Assembly (NCBI RefSeq): GCF_000143415.4
Contig: NW_003314269.1
Span: forward strand, 1,743,544-1,807,543
DNA: 64,000 bases
From: Selaginella moellendorffii
Lineage: Eukaryota; Plantae; Lycopodiophyta
Reading direction: 5' to 3'
In this document: piece after piece, positions 1-11,702 of the stretch
Numbering within the stretch: position 1 is the first letter of the stretch
Layout: each line of letters starts with the position of its first letter
Made by a program: the position numbers and the translations under genes
Notes under the pieces: model-generated
Seen by the model: the letters and a program-made list of their open reading frames with translations, nothing else
The model's database searches: none
What the model was told of the DNA's origin: nothing

Positions 1-702
1 CTCCTTCTTCACAGCGTTGGTCTTCTTTCCCCCCTTCGCTTTCAGCTTCTGGAGCTTGCTCCGATCGAAGGCCACCTCCACCGGCTTGGACTCCTCATCG
101 CTGCTGCTCAATTTCCCATTTGTCACTCCATTCTCGTGGCCAGCCTTGTCCACAACAGCGGCAGGCTTGTGATCAGCAGCACTGTCATCCTCTTTCCCAT
201 CCTTTTGCCCCTTTGTCCCTGCCGATCCCTTGACCGATCCGCGAAGCACAGTTCCCCCTCGCAGATCGGTGTTCTTGCTGCTTCCATCCTCGATCTTCCT
301 GTTTGCCTTGTTAAGTCCCTTGTTGGCCTCGCCGCGAGCCAGCGCCTCCTTCTCGAGCTGCCGATACACCTCATCGAAATCCCGATACGAGGCCTTCCGG
401 GGAGAATACACCGCCGAGAAGTCGCGCTTCACCATGGCCAGCAGCTCGTCAACATAGAGGAGCTGCAAGAATTGCTGGTAGACGGCCACGAACACGAGCC
501 CCAGCTCGTTCTGGAACGTCCACTTGAGCGTGTAGGACGCACCTGGGGCATCGTAGCGGAAGGATCGATCGCCGCTGCGCTCCTCGAGCAGGCACGACCG
601 GATCAGCGTGTCGATCGGCGATCCCTTGAGCGCGTTGCCGATCTCCTTGCAGCTCCACAGGATGAGGCCGCCGCGCGTGAAGATCAAGAGCTGTTCCAAC
701 AT
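1..702 (-). CDS. SRPRA: Signal recognition particle receptor alpha subunit, 5' part (runs off window start)
   Basis: ATG at 702. Reads MLEQLLIFTRGGLILWSCKEIGNALKGSPIDTLIRSCLLEER...YTLKWTFQNELGLVFVAVYQ (SRX/longin N-terminus). The same frame at 1-75 reads AFDRSKLQKLKAKGGKK. Not in the ORF track because no stop lies inside the window. Confidence 0.92.
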   Translation of the reverse strand, partial: MLEQLLIFTRGGLILWSCKEIGNALKGSPIDTLIRSCLLEERSGDRSFRYDAPGASYTLKWTFQNELGLVFVAVYQQFLQLLYVDELLAMVKRDFSAVYSPRKASYRDFDEVYRQLEKEALARGEANKGLNKANRKIEDGSSKNTDLRGGTVLRGSVKGSAGTKGQKDGKEDDSAADHKPAAVVDKAGHENGVTNGKLSSSDEESKPVEVAFDRSKLQKLKAKGGKKTNAVKKE

Positions 703-855
703 CCTGTCCTTGCCCAAGAACCCTAGAAATATTCCACGCAAGAAAATGGGACCCTTTTATTATCGACCCAAGAACCCTAGAGAATATACCATTACACACG
801 GGAAGAATCTTTCTTTTCTTTCACACACATTTATTTGTAACACACAGGCAAACTT

Positions 856-3800
856 TCACGCGGCGATTTGGACGATCCAGTTGGAGAAGCTTGACACGGC
901 TCCTTGGAGGCGGCAAAGCTGGACGTCTTCGGGACTTCCAGCCTCCATCGCGACGCTCTGGATTTCCATCTCCACTGACGCATCCACGCGCTTAACTTTG
1001 CTCTCACTCACCAGGAGCGCCGCCACTTCATCGGCCATCCTCGTCAACGCAAGCCTGCTAACAAGATCGATTAGTCTCACTCGAAGAGAAGAAAAACAAA
1101 ATCTACACGAACTATACCTCAGTAGCTTCGAAGCTTTAGCTTCCCACAATCGTTGCGACTCCTTGAGCCTCTCGAAGAAGTCCTTGCACGCACACATCTT
1201 GGCTTCCACAGGAGATTCCTACAAAACGAGGGAAATACCAGCCTTTAGAATGTGGAACCGAGATTGGTTTTAGAAAGAACGTACCAGCTCTGTATCATAA
1301 GCCTCGCTGTTCTCGAAGGACCCCAGGAGAGTAAAGAAGTCTATGTACAAGCCGGAGCCAATGTCCCAGTTCTCGATCTCCATTTTATGCGCATCCATCT
1401 GGCTCGCGTAGCTCCAAATCTCTTCCTTTTTCCCTGTGTTCAAGTGGTGATGACCATAGCTTACCAAAAACCAATTGCTTACCATTTAGCAGCAAAGATG
1501 CGGACACCTTGGTCATAAACACGACGTGAGCCTCTTGCCACATGAAGCTTTTGAGGTAATGCACAAGGCTCTTCTCAAAGTCTCCCCGGTACAGCCAGTA
1601 GATAGCCTGAAAAACATCCTAAGAGTCAGAAGAACACGCACTGAGCGCACATCGCTTACCAAAGTCTCGTGCAGCCACTCCGGTGGAATACCGAGTTCGT
1701 CCTCTATAAACTTCTGCTGAACCTCCGAGTTGCTCCAAACTTCACAGTACTGGCTCAGTATATCCTTGATCACCTTCTCGTGCAAACCTGTAGTTTCCGG
1801 GCACACTGGCATATGGAGTACCACGTAAACTGCCCAATGTATCAACTTGGCGGCAAGAAGCTGGGAGATAAAACTCATGTCCAGCGCGTAGGAATCCGAC
1901 TGATTCAAAACGCCAATTGCCTGGAGAACTTCCTTCTGATGCCAAGCGGCCCGGTGATCCAGACGATCAAATGTAGATGCCGAGGAGGAAAACATCTTGT
2001 TCACATCTGATTCGTCAAGGCTCCCTCTCGCATGCAAAAGCATGAGATAGTAAGCGCTGTCATAGGCCGGCGGTGGTGCTGGAGCTTCCTTGACCTCCAC
2101 TGGTGCTTCTTCAATGTACATGGGAACCGGCTTAAACGCGTCTCCCTCCTCAACAAGGCGTTGAAACTCGAGGATGATGTCCGGAAGCCCAGCCTCAGGA
2201 GGCAGCGTGTACCACATCAACATCCCCATGAAGCGCTTCCAGTCAATCTCTTGATCGCCGAGAGAACCGTGGATATCTCCTCCAAGCAGCTTGAACAGCG
2301 ATATCCTGTCATTTTCGATGAGACCGTCGCAAAGTCCCTCCGACTCCCAGACCTCCAACTGCGACAAGATATCCTCCCTGTTTGCCACCAGTCCACCGCC
2401 CTGGCTCAGCAGGCACGCCAAACGAACGTCCCCTGCAAGGATGGCCTTTCTCACACCCAGCTCCACCTGTTTGCCAGTTAATAAGACCATTATATCCCTG
2501 ATATGGCTCGCGTCCTTCCCGGTTGAGTCTAAGTCGGCCTGGACCAGATGAAAGACGCTATCCTGTAGCCAGCCACTAAATGCAGCCTTGCGCACTAGAG
2601 TTTCAGTTCCCGGATCGATGTTCGCTATACGGGCTTTCATCTCAGCCATGCTTTCTGAAGCCTCTTCGGTTTCGGTGACCAGAGCATCCTTCTCCGAGAA
2701 GAGAACACAGATGAGCTGCCATGCCAGCACCTGATGCTTTAAAACCAGCTGATCAGCTGCGGATACACCTGGAGTACCATGCTGCTTTTCGATCAGGTCC
2801 TCGTAGTCGTTGGTGAGCCTTTCTAGCTGATCCTTGCTACAAACCAAGCTCCGCAGCTTCAAGCCGTTACTTTCGCTCACAACCTTGCTCAGGGACATGT
2901 GCAGCGCGAGAGGAGCATTAAACTGAAAATCAAGAAGGATATCCTTGACTTTACCTCGATCGTCTCTTGCAGTTCTGTCGAGAGAAACCGTCTCAAGTTT
3001 TATGGAGGACGAAACCACCGTAGTCGCTTTGGACTGGCCCACAGAGGAACCAGAATGTACCAACACTCCGTTTGGACCCCAACCGGCACGGAAAGAGGTC
3101 CCCATGAAAAGTGCAGCATCGACAACACCACCACCCGAATTGCTCGTGGACAGAAGTTTTTCGCTGTCAGATTCCTGAAGCCGGAAACCAGACGTTAGCT
3201 TTCTCGAAGTCTTCACCAGTGATGGCGTTGGAGCAGTAAGAGCCTGGAAGGACGATTGCTGCGGCAGAAGCATTGGTGACCGTTGCCATAGTGAATGAGG
3301 ACTCAGCTTTATCTGCTTCGATGGACGTTTTAACTCGCCTTCTTCCAAACTGGACTTGTACTGCTTGATAACCGACGGCGGAGTTGATTTCTTGTAGGTA
3401 CCAACGTCAGTCATTTCTGCCGACTCGTTTTCATCCAGGGGAAAGAACGATGCTTTGAGCTGGTGCAACTTCAATGGATCCAGTTTAAGCTGCGCGGGCA
3501 ATGAATGAGGCAGAGCTGTTCTATGGTTCCTTGATCTCACATCCTCCATGAGCTCTTCTTCTCCTTCGTCCACAGAAGACGGACCTCGCGATTCCAGAAA
3601 TACCTCTGCGCCATTTTCCCTGTAAGCAGCCTCATCCTCGACCCCTTCCATCATATCCATAACAGCGGGAACCAGTTTTCCAGATTCCAAAGCATCGTCC
3701 TCCGAGTCCTCCGACTCATCAAAAGCATAACGGCTGAAGTGCTTCACTCGAAATGTCCATTCACCTTTCAAGGCATCAAAAGAAACGAACTCTGCACCCT

Positions 3801-6800
3801 GCGCTTGAGTTTTCTTCTTCAACTTCTTTTCAAACCGTTCCACTTGTGCCCCATCTGTGACGCTGCGTCCAGTAGATTTGTCAATGCACATGACATTTAA
3901 AAGAGTGACCTCCGCAGGCTTGTTCAATCCCTGTCCGAGAGGAGGCTTCTTACTCTCATCCATATAGACCAGCACTTCACACTTGTTGAACTGGATGATC
4001 CCTTCGATATCAAGGCGTCTGACATCTGTCTCTCCAAGAAATTTGATGTGACCGTATCCTTTTCGGCCAACTATAAAATCAGACACTCGCCGGCAGTATC
4101 CTGGTTCTGCACGCTCTTTAGCTGCCAGCTCTTGCACCCTCGGTTCCGTATAATAATCAGAGTGTTTGAGTTTCGGCATCAAAGCTTCGATATCAGCCCC
4201 ATGTTCATAAGCTATAGCTGCTTCTCCAGCCCTGTGACCCGTCAGGGATATGTATCCATTACCCCTGTGGTTGAGTTCTTCTCGAACACCATTCTGCTTT
4301 GATGGAGACTTAGACGAAACCTTTTTAGGAGGCGCGGCTTGCAGACCATCTGTAGTACTTGGAATAGACCAATCAAGTCCTGTAGAGAAAAACAATCAGC
4401 TCCATGTTACATACGACGGAAGAAAGCTTCGAACCTGACATATCCGGTGGCAATGAATCGTCGCCAACAACAGGAAAAGATTTCGGTTCGTTATATAAAT
4501 CTGTCAATCAAGCAAACATGTTAGGAAAAGATACTGACAAGTAAAAGCTACCTTCACTGTGCTCCAAATTCACGATATCAGGTGCTCGCTTAGCAGCCAC
4601 TGCAGTCACAGGGGCCTGGTTCACTTGATGTATAAACAACGCACGTGGATTCTCTCGTGGAATAATAGATACATCCGCCTTCGGAGTCACTGGTGCTTCT
4701 TCACCTTCACTGAAAAAGGATATCTTCGGAGAGTCCTTCTTTGCATTGGATTTTCTCGCATGCATCCTGATTTTTGATCTGGGCGTGATGTGTCTTGGGA
4801 TGAGTAGGGAATTAGAATGTATTTGCGCCGGCCTGTCTGACACCTGCAAATCATAGTTCATCTTCGTCAGCGTTCTTCCAAGAGAACTTCAAGAAACTTA
4901 CAGGTATACTCGATATTCCATATTGAACAGTTGGATTTGATCCTGCCGCTCGCCCGATAGACATCTGCGGCATAGCCGGCAATGTTCCAAATGGCGCACT
5001 TACAGGAGCAGGCATGGGAGCCATTGTAGTTGAAATGGTCCTGAAATTAAACATGTAAGAGAAGAAAGAGAAGAAAATTTTATTTCTTTCAAAGATACTT
5101 ACGGAGGTGCAAAGGGTGTCAAACTGGGCGTGCTTTGGAATAATCCTGAAAATAAAAGTGTCAGTTGTTTGTAACAGTAAATATCAAGAATCGTACCTTG
5201 CGGTTGGGTCTGGGATGGAAAAGAGAATGACGTCGTGTTGGGCTGAGATGAAGGAAAGAAAGACTGAAGACAAATCTATCATCAATAAGGAAAACAAAGC
5301 ACACAAATATATTAGACTTACACTTGGGGCGCCAGCAGGTTTGGGTTGGCTCATGTTGTTGAAAAGGCTACTAGAGTTTGAACTTCCAAAGATGGGGGCA
5401 GAAGACTGCCCGAAAACTGGTTGCGTTGTTTGTGGCGATGGAAATATAGGGGCTTGTTGGACACCAAACGAACTATTTCCAAATGCTGGTGTACTCGAGG
5501 GAGTACTGAACGCCGACTGGGTATTAAACAAGGAGGGGGAGCTGTTGAAAGTTCCAAAACTGGGAGCGCTGCTAATGGCCGGAGCGCTCACAGAATTGAA
5601 AATAGAAGGTGACGAACCGAATGTAGGAGTGGAAGTAGTCGAAAAAGACGGAAAACTAGTTTGAGGCTTTTGTTGCTGGGAAAAAGAGCTTGAAGCACCA
5701 AATGGATTTACGCTTGGAGTAAGAGAGGATGACCCGAATGGGCTGCTGCTTGAAGGCTGACCAAAAACCCCAGTATTATTCGGTGCCGGGCCACCTAAAC
5801 CGCAAAAGAATTAGTGAGCAATCAAGAATGAAAACCAGAAACTCACCCTTATCTCCAGCCTGATAATCCTCCCATCGCAGTTCCTCGTGACTTTTGTTGT
5901 GGTATCCCTCTATAGCAGAGATCGAATACAGTTTCAAAGTCGCAGATCCATCAATTTCGGTCTTTGGAACGTAGGGGATTGCCCGGCTTCCAGGCCGAGC
6001 ACCAAATGAAATTGTGGACCCTGCGAGGACCTCATGTTAGAGCAACCAAAAACACTCTGGAAAACTTACCAAAAGCAGAAGTAGGCTGAGAATTGAAACC
6101 ACCGGTGCCAAAACCTGCAGGAGTCGAGCCAAAAGCGGGAGACGAAGCTGTCCCAAAGGCAGGAGCCGACTGGCCAAACACTGGAGTGCTGCTTCCAAAG
6201 GCCGAGCTCGTGGCTCCAAATGGATTTCCAAAGCTTGCAGCCGGCTGGCTACTGAACGCAGACGTCGATCCAAAGGCCGGTGTCGAGCTCGCTCCAAAAG
6301 CTGGTTGACTAGCACCAAACGTAGGCAGCTGTTGTGTCCCAAAAGATGCTTGTGTTTGCCCAAACGCGGGAGCTGCAAATGGATTCGAGGGAGACGAGGT
6401 ATTCCCAAACGATCCAAAAGGCGAAGCTGGCTTCTGTCCAATTTGTCCGAACACAGGGCTTCCTAAAACACAGTGAAAACCAAAGTAGAGATGTTAGCAA
6501 AGCAGAGAAAACATAGACCGATCACATACCACTGGCTCCAAACGCTGATTGTGTGTTGCCAAAGGGAGAAGCAGTAGCCGAGCCAAATGCAGGGGAGCTC
6601 GAGCCAAATGGCGCTGCCTGGGAAGCACCAAACACACCGGTAGCAGTCCCACTTCCAAACAGTCCGCCAGTCTGCTGCCCAAAGGTAGGACTCCCAAATG
6701 GCTTGGCAGCAAATGGATTCGTCGCCGCGGAGTTCATCCCAAACGGAGATGTGGATGTTGTGGAGCCAAACGGACTGGACGAAGCCGACGCTCCGCCAAA

Positions 6801-6911
6801 GAGGCTGGGACTAGAAGCCCCAAAGGCTGAGAAATGGAGAGAGTGAGCGAATTTCCAGAGACACTAGCGACTGGAATGTAGAGACTTACGGCTGCTCGAT
6901 CCGAATATCAT
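856..6911 (-). CDS. NUP98: Nucleoporin Nup98-Nup96 precursor (multi-exon): FG repeats, GLEBS, autoproteolytic domain, Nup96 domain
   Basis: Start MIFGSSS at 6911. FG-repeat exons at 5180-6830. GLEBS-like [21 protein letters not shown] at about 5850-5930. Exon with [10 protein letters not shown] at about 4550-4845. The large exon (ORF 1513-4395) has the autoprotease domain ending in HFSRY, followed in frame by Nup96 motifs ([26 protein letters not shown]). Final small exons end at the stop at 856. Confidence 0.9.
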
Positions 6912-7151
6912 GCGAGGATTGCTGCTGCTGGCGCCACAGCCCTGAGAGATCAAACGGCGCGGAGCGCGAGCCTGGAAAGAGCAGCCTTATCCCGATCGAA
7001 TCGAGCGCTCTTACGCATCAAAACCCTAGAAAAACAATGCCACTCGCCCTAAACCTAATTCCAGTGTAATATATACATAGGCACGTGGCGGTTGGCAATT
7101 GGACGCGCTTTTGCTGACGCGGCATCCACTTAGCAGATAGAACTCACCAAA

Positions 7152-8271
7152 ATGCTCGTCCTACAGAGCTTCGTTGCGCGCCAATGGACGCCATTACGGT
7201 ATGGGAATGGGCTGCGCGTCGGCGCTCACGAATTCCAGGCGAGGAGAGGTCGAAATTCTAGAATTGGGTCGACTGCGCGAGTGGTTTGGGTATGTTTTTG
7301 ATGGAGAATGAGGTGAAATCTCATCGAGCAAACCCTAGGATCCCGAGAACCTGTTTGGAGCGCCGCAGACTGGCCACATTACGCGGCGGATGATCCAAAA
7401 GAAGCTCAGCAGCGATGCCGAGCAGGATGAGATTGCGAGGCAAGAGACACAGCGCCAATTGGATCGACAAAGAGCTGCTCGAGAGGTAATTAAGAAAACT
7501 TTGCTAGTCCGGGTTTAAGTAATCTCTATCCAGGCTCGAGTTGTTCCAGAGAGTGATGCTGGGCTGATCGAATTTTTCCTTGAGACTCAAGCGCAAGAGA
7601 TCGAGTTTGAGATTGCTCGATGTAGACTCAGGTGCAAAGCGTTTCAAGCGTGATTCTTTGTTCTAACTTTTTCTTTTCTCTTCCACAGATTAACGGATTC
7701 GTTCCTTTCCTTTTTAAACACGGAGATAGCTTCCTTGAAGTTTAAAATCAATAGAACTCAGGTACCTGGCTAAGCACAAATCATTGTATCATTGTATCGT
7801 TATCAGGACATTGAGGATAGGCTCGTGGAGCTAGAGGCACTCCAAAAAGTTTTAACGGAAGGCATTGGTAAAGAAAGAATTTTTTTTTCTCTCCTCTATT
7901 TTCGTGATCTAAATCGCGTGCTCAATGCAGAAGCATATGATAGGCTTGCTACGGATCTAGTCCAAGCCAAGGAAAGAGTCGCAAGGATATTTGCCTCGAA
8001 AGACAAGAAAGCCACGGTAACCTGTTAGCATTCATCGCCATCTCCAATCTAACTCTCAGAATTTCAGCTGCTGGAGATGGTTGCATCCAACGAGCTAGAC
8101 CGATCTCTCCTGGTTCTCCTGGATCAAAACATTGTCACTGCAAGATCTGCTGGACAGGCAAGCCTTTCCAAAACTCGATTTTTCCACTGATCGTGCGCGT
8201 TTTTCCAGAAAGAAGCGGCAGACTTCATGACAAAGATCCGCGGTGCTGTGCTCAAGTACATCACTCTCTAA
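7152..8271 (+). CDS. Conserved-looking green-lineage protein of unknown function, probably plastid-targeted (multi-exon)
   Basis: Spliced reading gives DPENLFGAPQTGHITRR...LIEFFLETQAQEIEFEIAR...EDRLVELEALQKVLTEGIEAYD...LLEMVASNELDRSLLVLLDQNI...FMTKIRGAVLKYITL*. Short GT-AG introns plus one GC-AG intron (8158-8208). Targeting is inferred from the N-terminus only. Confidence 0.75.
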
Positions 8272-8790
8272 GCATAAGATAACCAGCTTAGTCGTCGAAC
8301 GTTTCTCACCAGTCTGGCCTACGCAAATATAAAAGAGAAGCTTTTCTTCCTTGTTGACGGGGCAAAGAATGGTAGAACTCTTGCTCCCATTCAAACAAGC
8401 GTCTTGGTTTTGGTGGCTGATCCTTGGGTCCCTGGCCACTTCAAGCTTGGCGTAGCGTGACGATCCCGATGGCTGGTTTGCGGTCTAAGCTGCTAGTGAG
8501 CTATGAATTAAGAGGTCCAAGTGCTGCGTTTGGAGGTGGCGAGATGAAAATCCAAACCAGGAGCATGGTTTACGTGGGAGGAAGCATGGGTCTAGTGATT
8601 GAAGAGGGCGCCAAGCTAAAATGCAAGCTTTTTCTTTCTTTCATAAAACATACTTTTCATACGATTTTCTTATAGAGAAGAGTTTACTTATCAAACTCAC
8701 ATAGCAAGTTCTGTATCCGAGAGTGAAGTTTATGCTTAATCTCAGCTCCAAATATCGTTTTCCTTTTTCCCTGCGTTTAAGCGGTGATGG

Positions 8791-9032
8791 CTAACTCCCG
8801 GAGATGGTTGCTTCCAACGAGCTAGACCGAGCCCTGCTGGACAGCCAAAACTCGATTTTTTCCACTGTTCTTCCAGATCGTGCTCAAATACATCACTCTT
8901 TAAGCATATGAATACCAACTTAGCTATTGAAAGTCGTCGATACAAGAGGTACGTTTCTCTCCAGTCTGGCCTACAAAAATATAAAGAGCTTATTCTTCCT
9001 TGTTCCGACAAGGCAAAGAATGGTAGGACTCT
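8791..9032 (+). pseudogene. Degenerate, internally deleted duplicate of the last exons and 3' UTR (about 8049-8381) of the preceding gene
   Basis: Shared blocks GGAGATGGTTGC.TCCAACGAGCTAGACCGA, CCAAAACTCGATTTTTCCACTG, GTGCTCAA.TACATCACTCT.TAAGCATA, CCAGTCTGGCCTAC and GGCAAAGAATGGTAG.ACTCT, in the same order. Confidence 0.8.
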
Positions 9033-9074
9033 GGTGTTAAAAACACAACCAAAGAATCATCCTCGAAACCAAGC

Positions 9075-10970
9075 TTACTTCTTGGACCGGAAGTTCTCGC
9101 GTAGCGCAGCAAACTTCTTGAAGCACTGCGCTTTGCTCTTCCCAGGGACAGCCGCGGCGATCCTCTCCCACCTCTGCGCAGTCTCCTTTGGGAACGTCTT
9201 GAGAGCCTTGACGAGCGCTAGCTCTTGCGTCTCACTCCAGGCGTCCTGCTCGCCACCACCACCATCCTCTGGTACGCTCGTCTTCCCGTTCGCCAAGCTC
9301 GGCTCTTTATCCTTCTCCTTCTCGCCACTTTCAGGGACGCGGGCGGCGCTTGCTCCATTCTCCTGGCCCGGCAGCTCCGTCCCCTCCTCCGCCCTGGTGG
9401 ACAGCGGTGAAGCTATGGAGCTCGGCGCCTTCCTCTTTTGCAAGAACGTATCAAACGCCTTGGAGGAGTCGGGCTTTTGCAGGAGCACCGTTTTGATCGC
9501 CTTGAGTATCTCCTCCACCGATCTGCCGGTGCCGATGTAGTTACTGACGACTTCCCAGCGCTGTGACGTTCCTTTCGGATACTTGGCCATTGCCTTGCGG
9601 AGTAAATCGACTTCTTCCCTCGTCCACGGCCGCTCCTTCTCCTTCTTCTCTTCCATCAACACGGGAGCTTGCGCATTTTTATCTTCGTCCGCGGGATCAT
9701 TACTCTCGCCCTCGGCCCCGTCCAGTGCCGCCGAGAGAGCCGAGCCAACGTCGGTCATGGATCCACCGCAGCCTTCCAGCTTCTCGCACAGAGCTTTCAG
9801 CTGCGCCAAGTCGAGCTTCGAGCACAACGCCTCGACGTCCTCCTCCTTCGTTGCAAACGCCTTGCTGGACACCACCCCGGCCGCAAGACTCCGCAGCCTC
9901 GACCTCTCCTTTCGGACCAGCTTCTTCTCCTTCTCCTTGAGCTTCTTCTGCGCCGCCGCTTCCTCCGCTAGACGCTTCTCCTCCTCCTCCTTCCGCAACC
10001 TCTCCTCCTCCAGAGCCTTGGCCGCCTGGTCCTCCTTCTCCTTCTTGGCCAGAAGCTTTGCTTGCTTCTTCATCAACTTCGCGGCCTTCTCGTCCTCCCG
10101 TCTACGTATGATCCTGGGGTCCCGTTTGTACGCATTCTCCACCAAGGTCCTCACTCTCGCGGACTCCTCCTTCTTTGCCTTCTCGCGAAGCTTGAGGTTC
10201 TGCCTCTCCATCCACCTCCTGTGCTCCCGCCCCTCGGCTTGCTCCACCTCAAACTCGTCCGCGTGTGGGAACTCCCTCCAGCTCTTAAACGAAAACCAGA
10301 AATCGTAGAACTTGTCCACCTCCGCCATCGAGCTGGTCATCTGCCCGAGCTCTGGCACCGGTTGGATCACCGACCATCGTCCATTCCTCAAGAACACTGG
10401 CCCGTAAACCTGGAAGAAACTCTCGACCGCGCAATCCGATGGAACCTCGTCGTCAAACTCGTCCACGGAATCGTAGGCCCTCCTCTTGACAGGATCGACG
10501 AGCACCTCGTAAGCCTCCTGGATCGCCTTGAAGTGGGCGTCAATCTCCTGCTTCTTGGCCTCTCTAGCGTCCTCGCCATCTTCCAGGAGAATAAGCGCAG
10601 CCTGCTTGTCCGGGTGGTGCTTGAGCGCGACCTCCCTGTACGCCTTGCGAATTTGCTCCTCGCTGGCTAGAAACCGGAGATGGCTCAGCCCCAGCAGCGC
10701 GTAGTGATCCTGCTGCTCCGATCCGCCGGCCTTCTTCTTCCCCTTGGCGTAGTACGAATCCCCAAACTCGTTCTTGGAGCCCAATATTTCATCATCGTCG
10801 TCGTCGTCCTCCGCGACGGCGGCCCCAAGCCCTAGCAGCTTGAGCGCCGCGGCGTGGAAGGAATGCCCTGCCGGCTCAAACCTGGAACACTTCAACGGGA
10901 ATCCATTGGAGCCGTAGAGCACCGGGATTCCATCGTGGAGCTCCGCCGAGTACTTGAGAAGCGCCGGCAT
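9075..10970 (-). CDS. ZRF1: Zuotin-related factor / DNAJC2 (J domain, zuotin homology domain, two SANT/Myb domains), single exon
   Basis: EPAGHSFHAAALKL; J domain DHYALLGL...KHHPDK; FYDFWFSFKSWREF; SANT repeats WTREEVDLLRKAMAKYPKGTSQRWE and WSETQELALVKALKTFPKETAQRWERIA. Confidence 0.95.
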   Translation of the reverse strand: MPALLKYSAELHDGIPVLYGSNGFPLKCSRFEPAGHSFHAAALKLLGLGAAVAEDDDDDDEILGSKNEFGDSYYAKGKKKAGGSEQQDHYALLGLSHLRFLASEEQIRKAYREVALKHHPDKQAALILLEDGEDAREAKKQEIDAHFKAIQEAYEVLVDPVKRRAYDSVDEFDDEVPSDCAVESFFQVYGPVFLRNGRWSVIQPVPELGQMTSSMAEVDKFYDFWFSFKSWREFPHADEFEVEQAEGREHRRWMERQNLKLREKAKKEESARVRTLVENAYKRDPRIIRRREDEKAAKLMKKQAKLLAKKEKEDQAAKALEEERLRKEEEEKRLAEEAAAQKKLKEKEKKLVRKERSRLRSLAAGVVSSKAFATKEEDVEALCSKLDLAQLKALCEKLEGCGGSMTDVGSALSAALDGAEGESNDPADEDKNAQAPVLMEEKKEKERPWTREEVDLLRKAMAKYPKGTSQRWEVVSNYIGTGRSVEEILKAIKTVLLQKPDSSKAFDTFLQKRKAPSSIASPLSTRAEEGTELPGQENGASAARVPESGEKEKDKEPSLANGKTSVPEDGGGGEQDAWSETQELALVKALKTFPKETAQRWERIAAAVPGKSKAQCFKKFAALRENFRSKK

Positions 10971-11702
10971 CGTCCTCGATCACTCGCGTAGCCGCATCAA
11001 CGAATTCCCGCTTACCTTGGCAGCTCCTGGAGCCGGTCGCGGCCGCGATCGCTCGATAGCCCTCGCCTCGACTGCCCGGCCTTTGTGATCTCTCCTCCAC
11101 CAGCGCCGCTCTAGGGCAATCCCGGCCGTCCATTAGAGCTCTTTACAGTTTTAGGGCATGGGCATATTCTCTGGGCAGATGCGAATCTCGCAGTACTAAA
11201 CCACTAGTAGCTGCGCAATGGAGGAGTGGCTATGGCGCCAGGCGCGATGGAGAGAGGAGTGATGATCATGAGTGGAAGCGTCGTCCTAGAACGATGATCG
11301 ATCAGGCTGGCTGTGTATGTAAGAGCAAATCGCACGGCTTTCGTGGATGAATGCCTCGTTCCTCTTCTAGCTGCTTAGAAATTTCTTCCTGCTTTGCCTG
11401 CGCTGCCAGTGTTCTAGGGTTTATGGCTATGGCGCTGCTGTGGCGCCGCCGCGGCGCCCCGGATTCGCAGCTGTCGGTGATGAGATGTGCTGGATTGGAT
11501 GCTGCTGCCTGCTTGGATTTGCGATTTCATGTTAATGACGGTATTGTGATGCAAGCGGGATTTCCAGGGAAGAAGAAGAGAGCGAGAGGAGAGTGGGGAT
11601 GATATGCCAAGCCAGTGAGTGAGGTGTGTTTGAGAGGAAGAGGGAGAGTCGTAAGGTCATCTCTTCGGCGACGAGAAATCTTCCATGGCCGGTGGCATTA
11701 GC

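Noticed and set aside
136-726. Plus-strand 196-aa ORF and other antisense ORFs over ZRF1, PPR, F-box and GH3
   Set aside because: Shadow ORFs of GC-rich coding sequence on the opposite strand.
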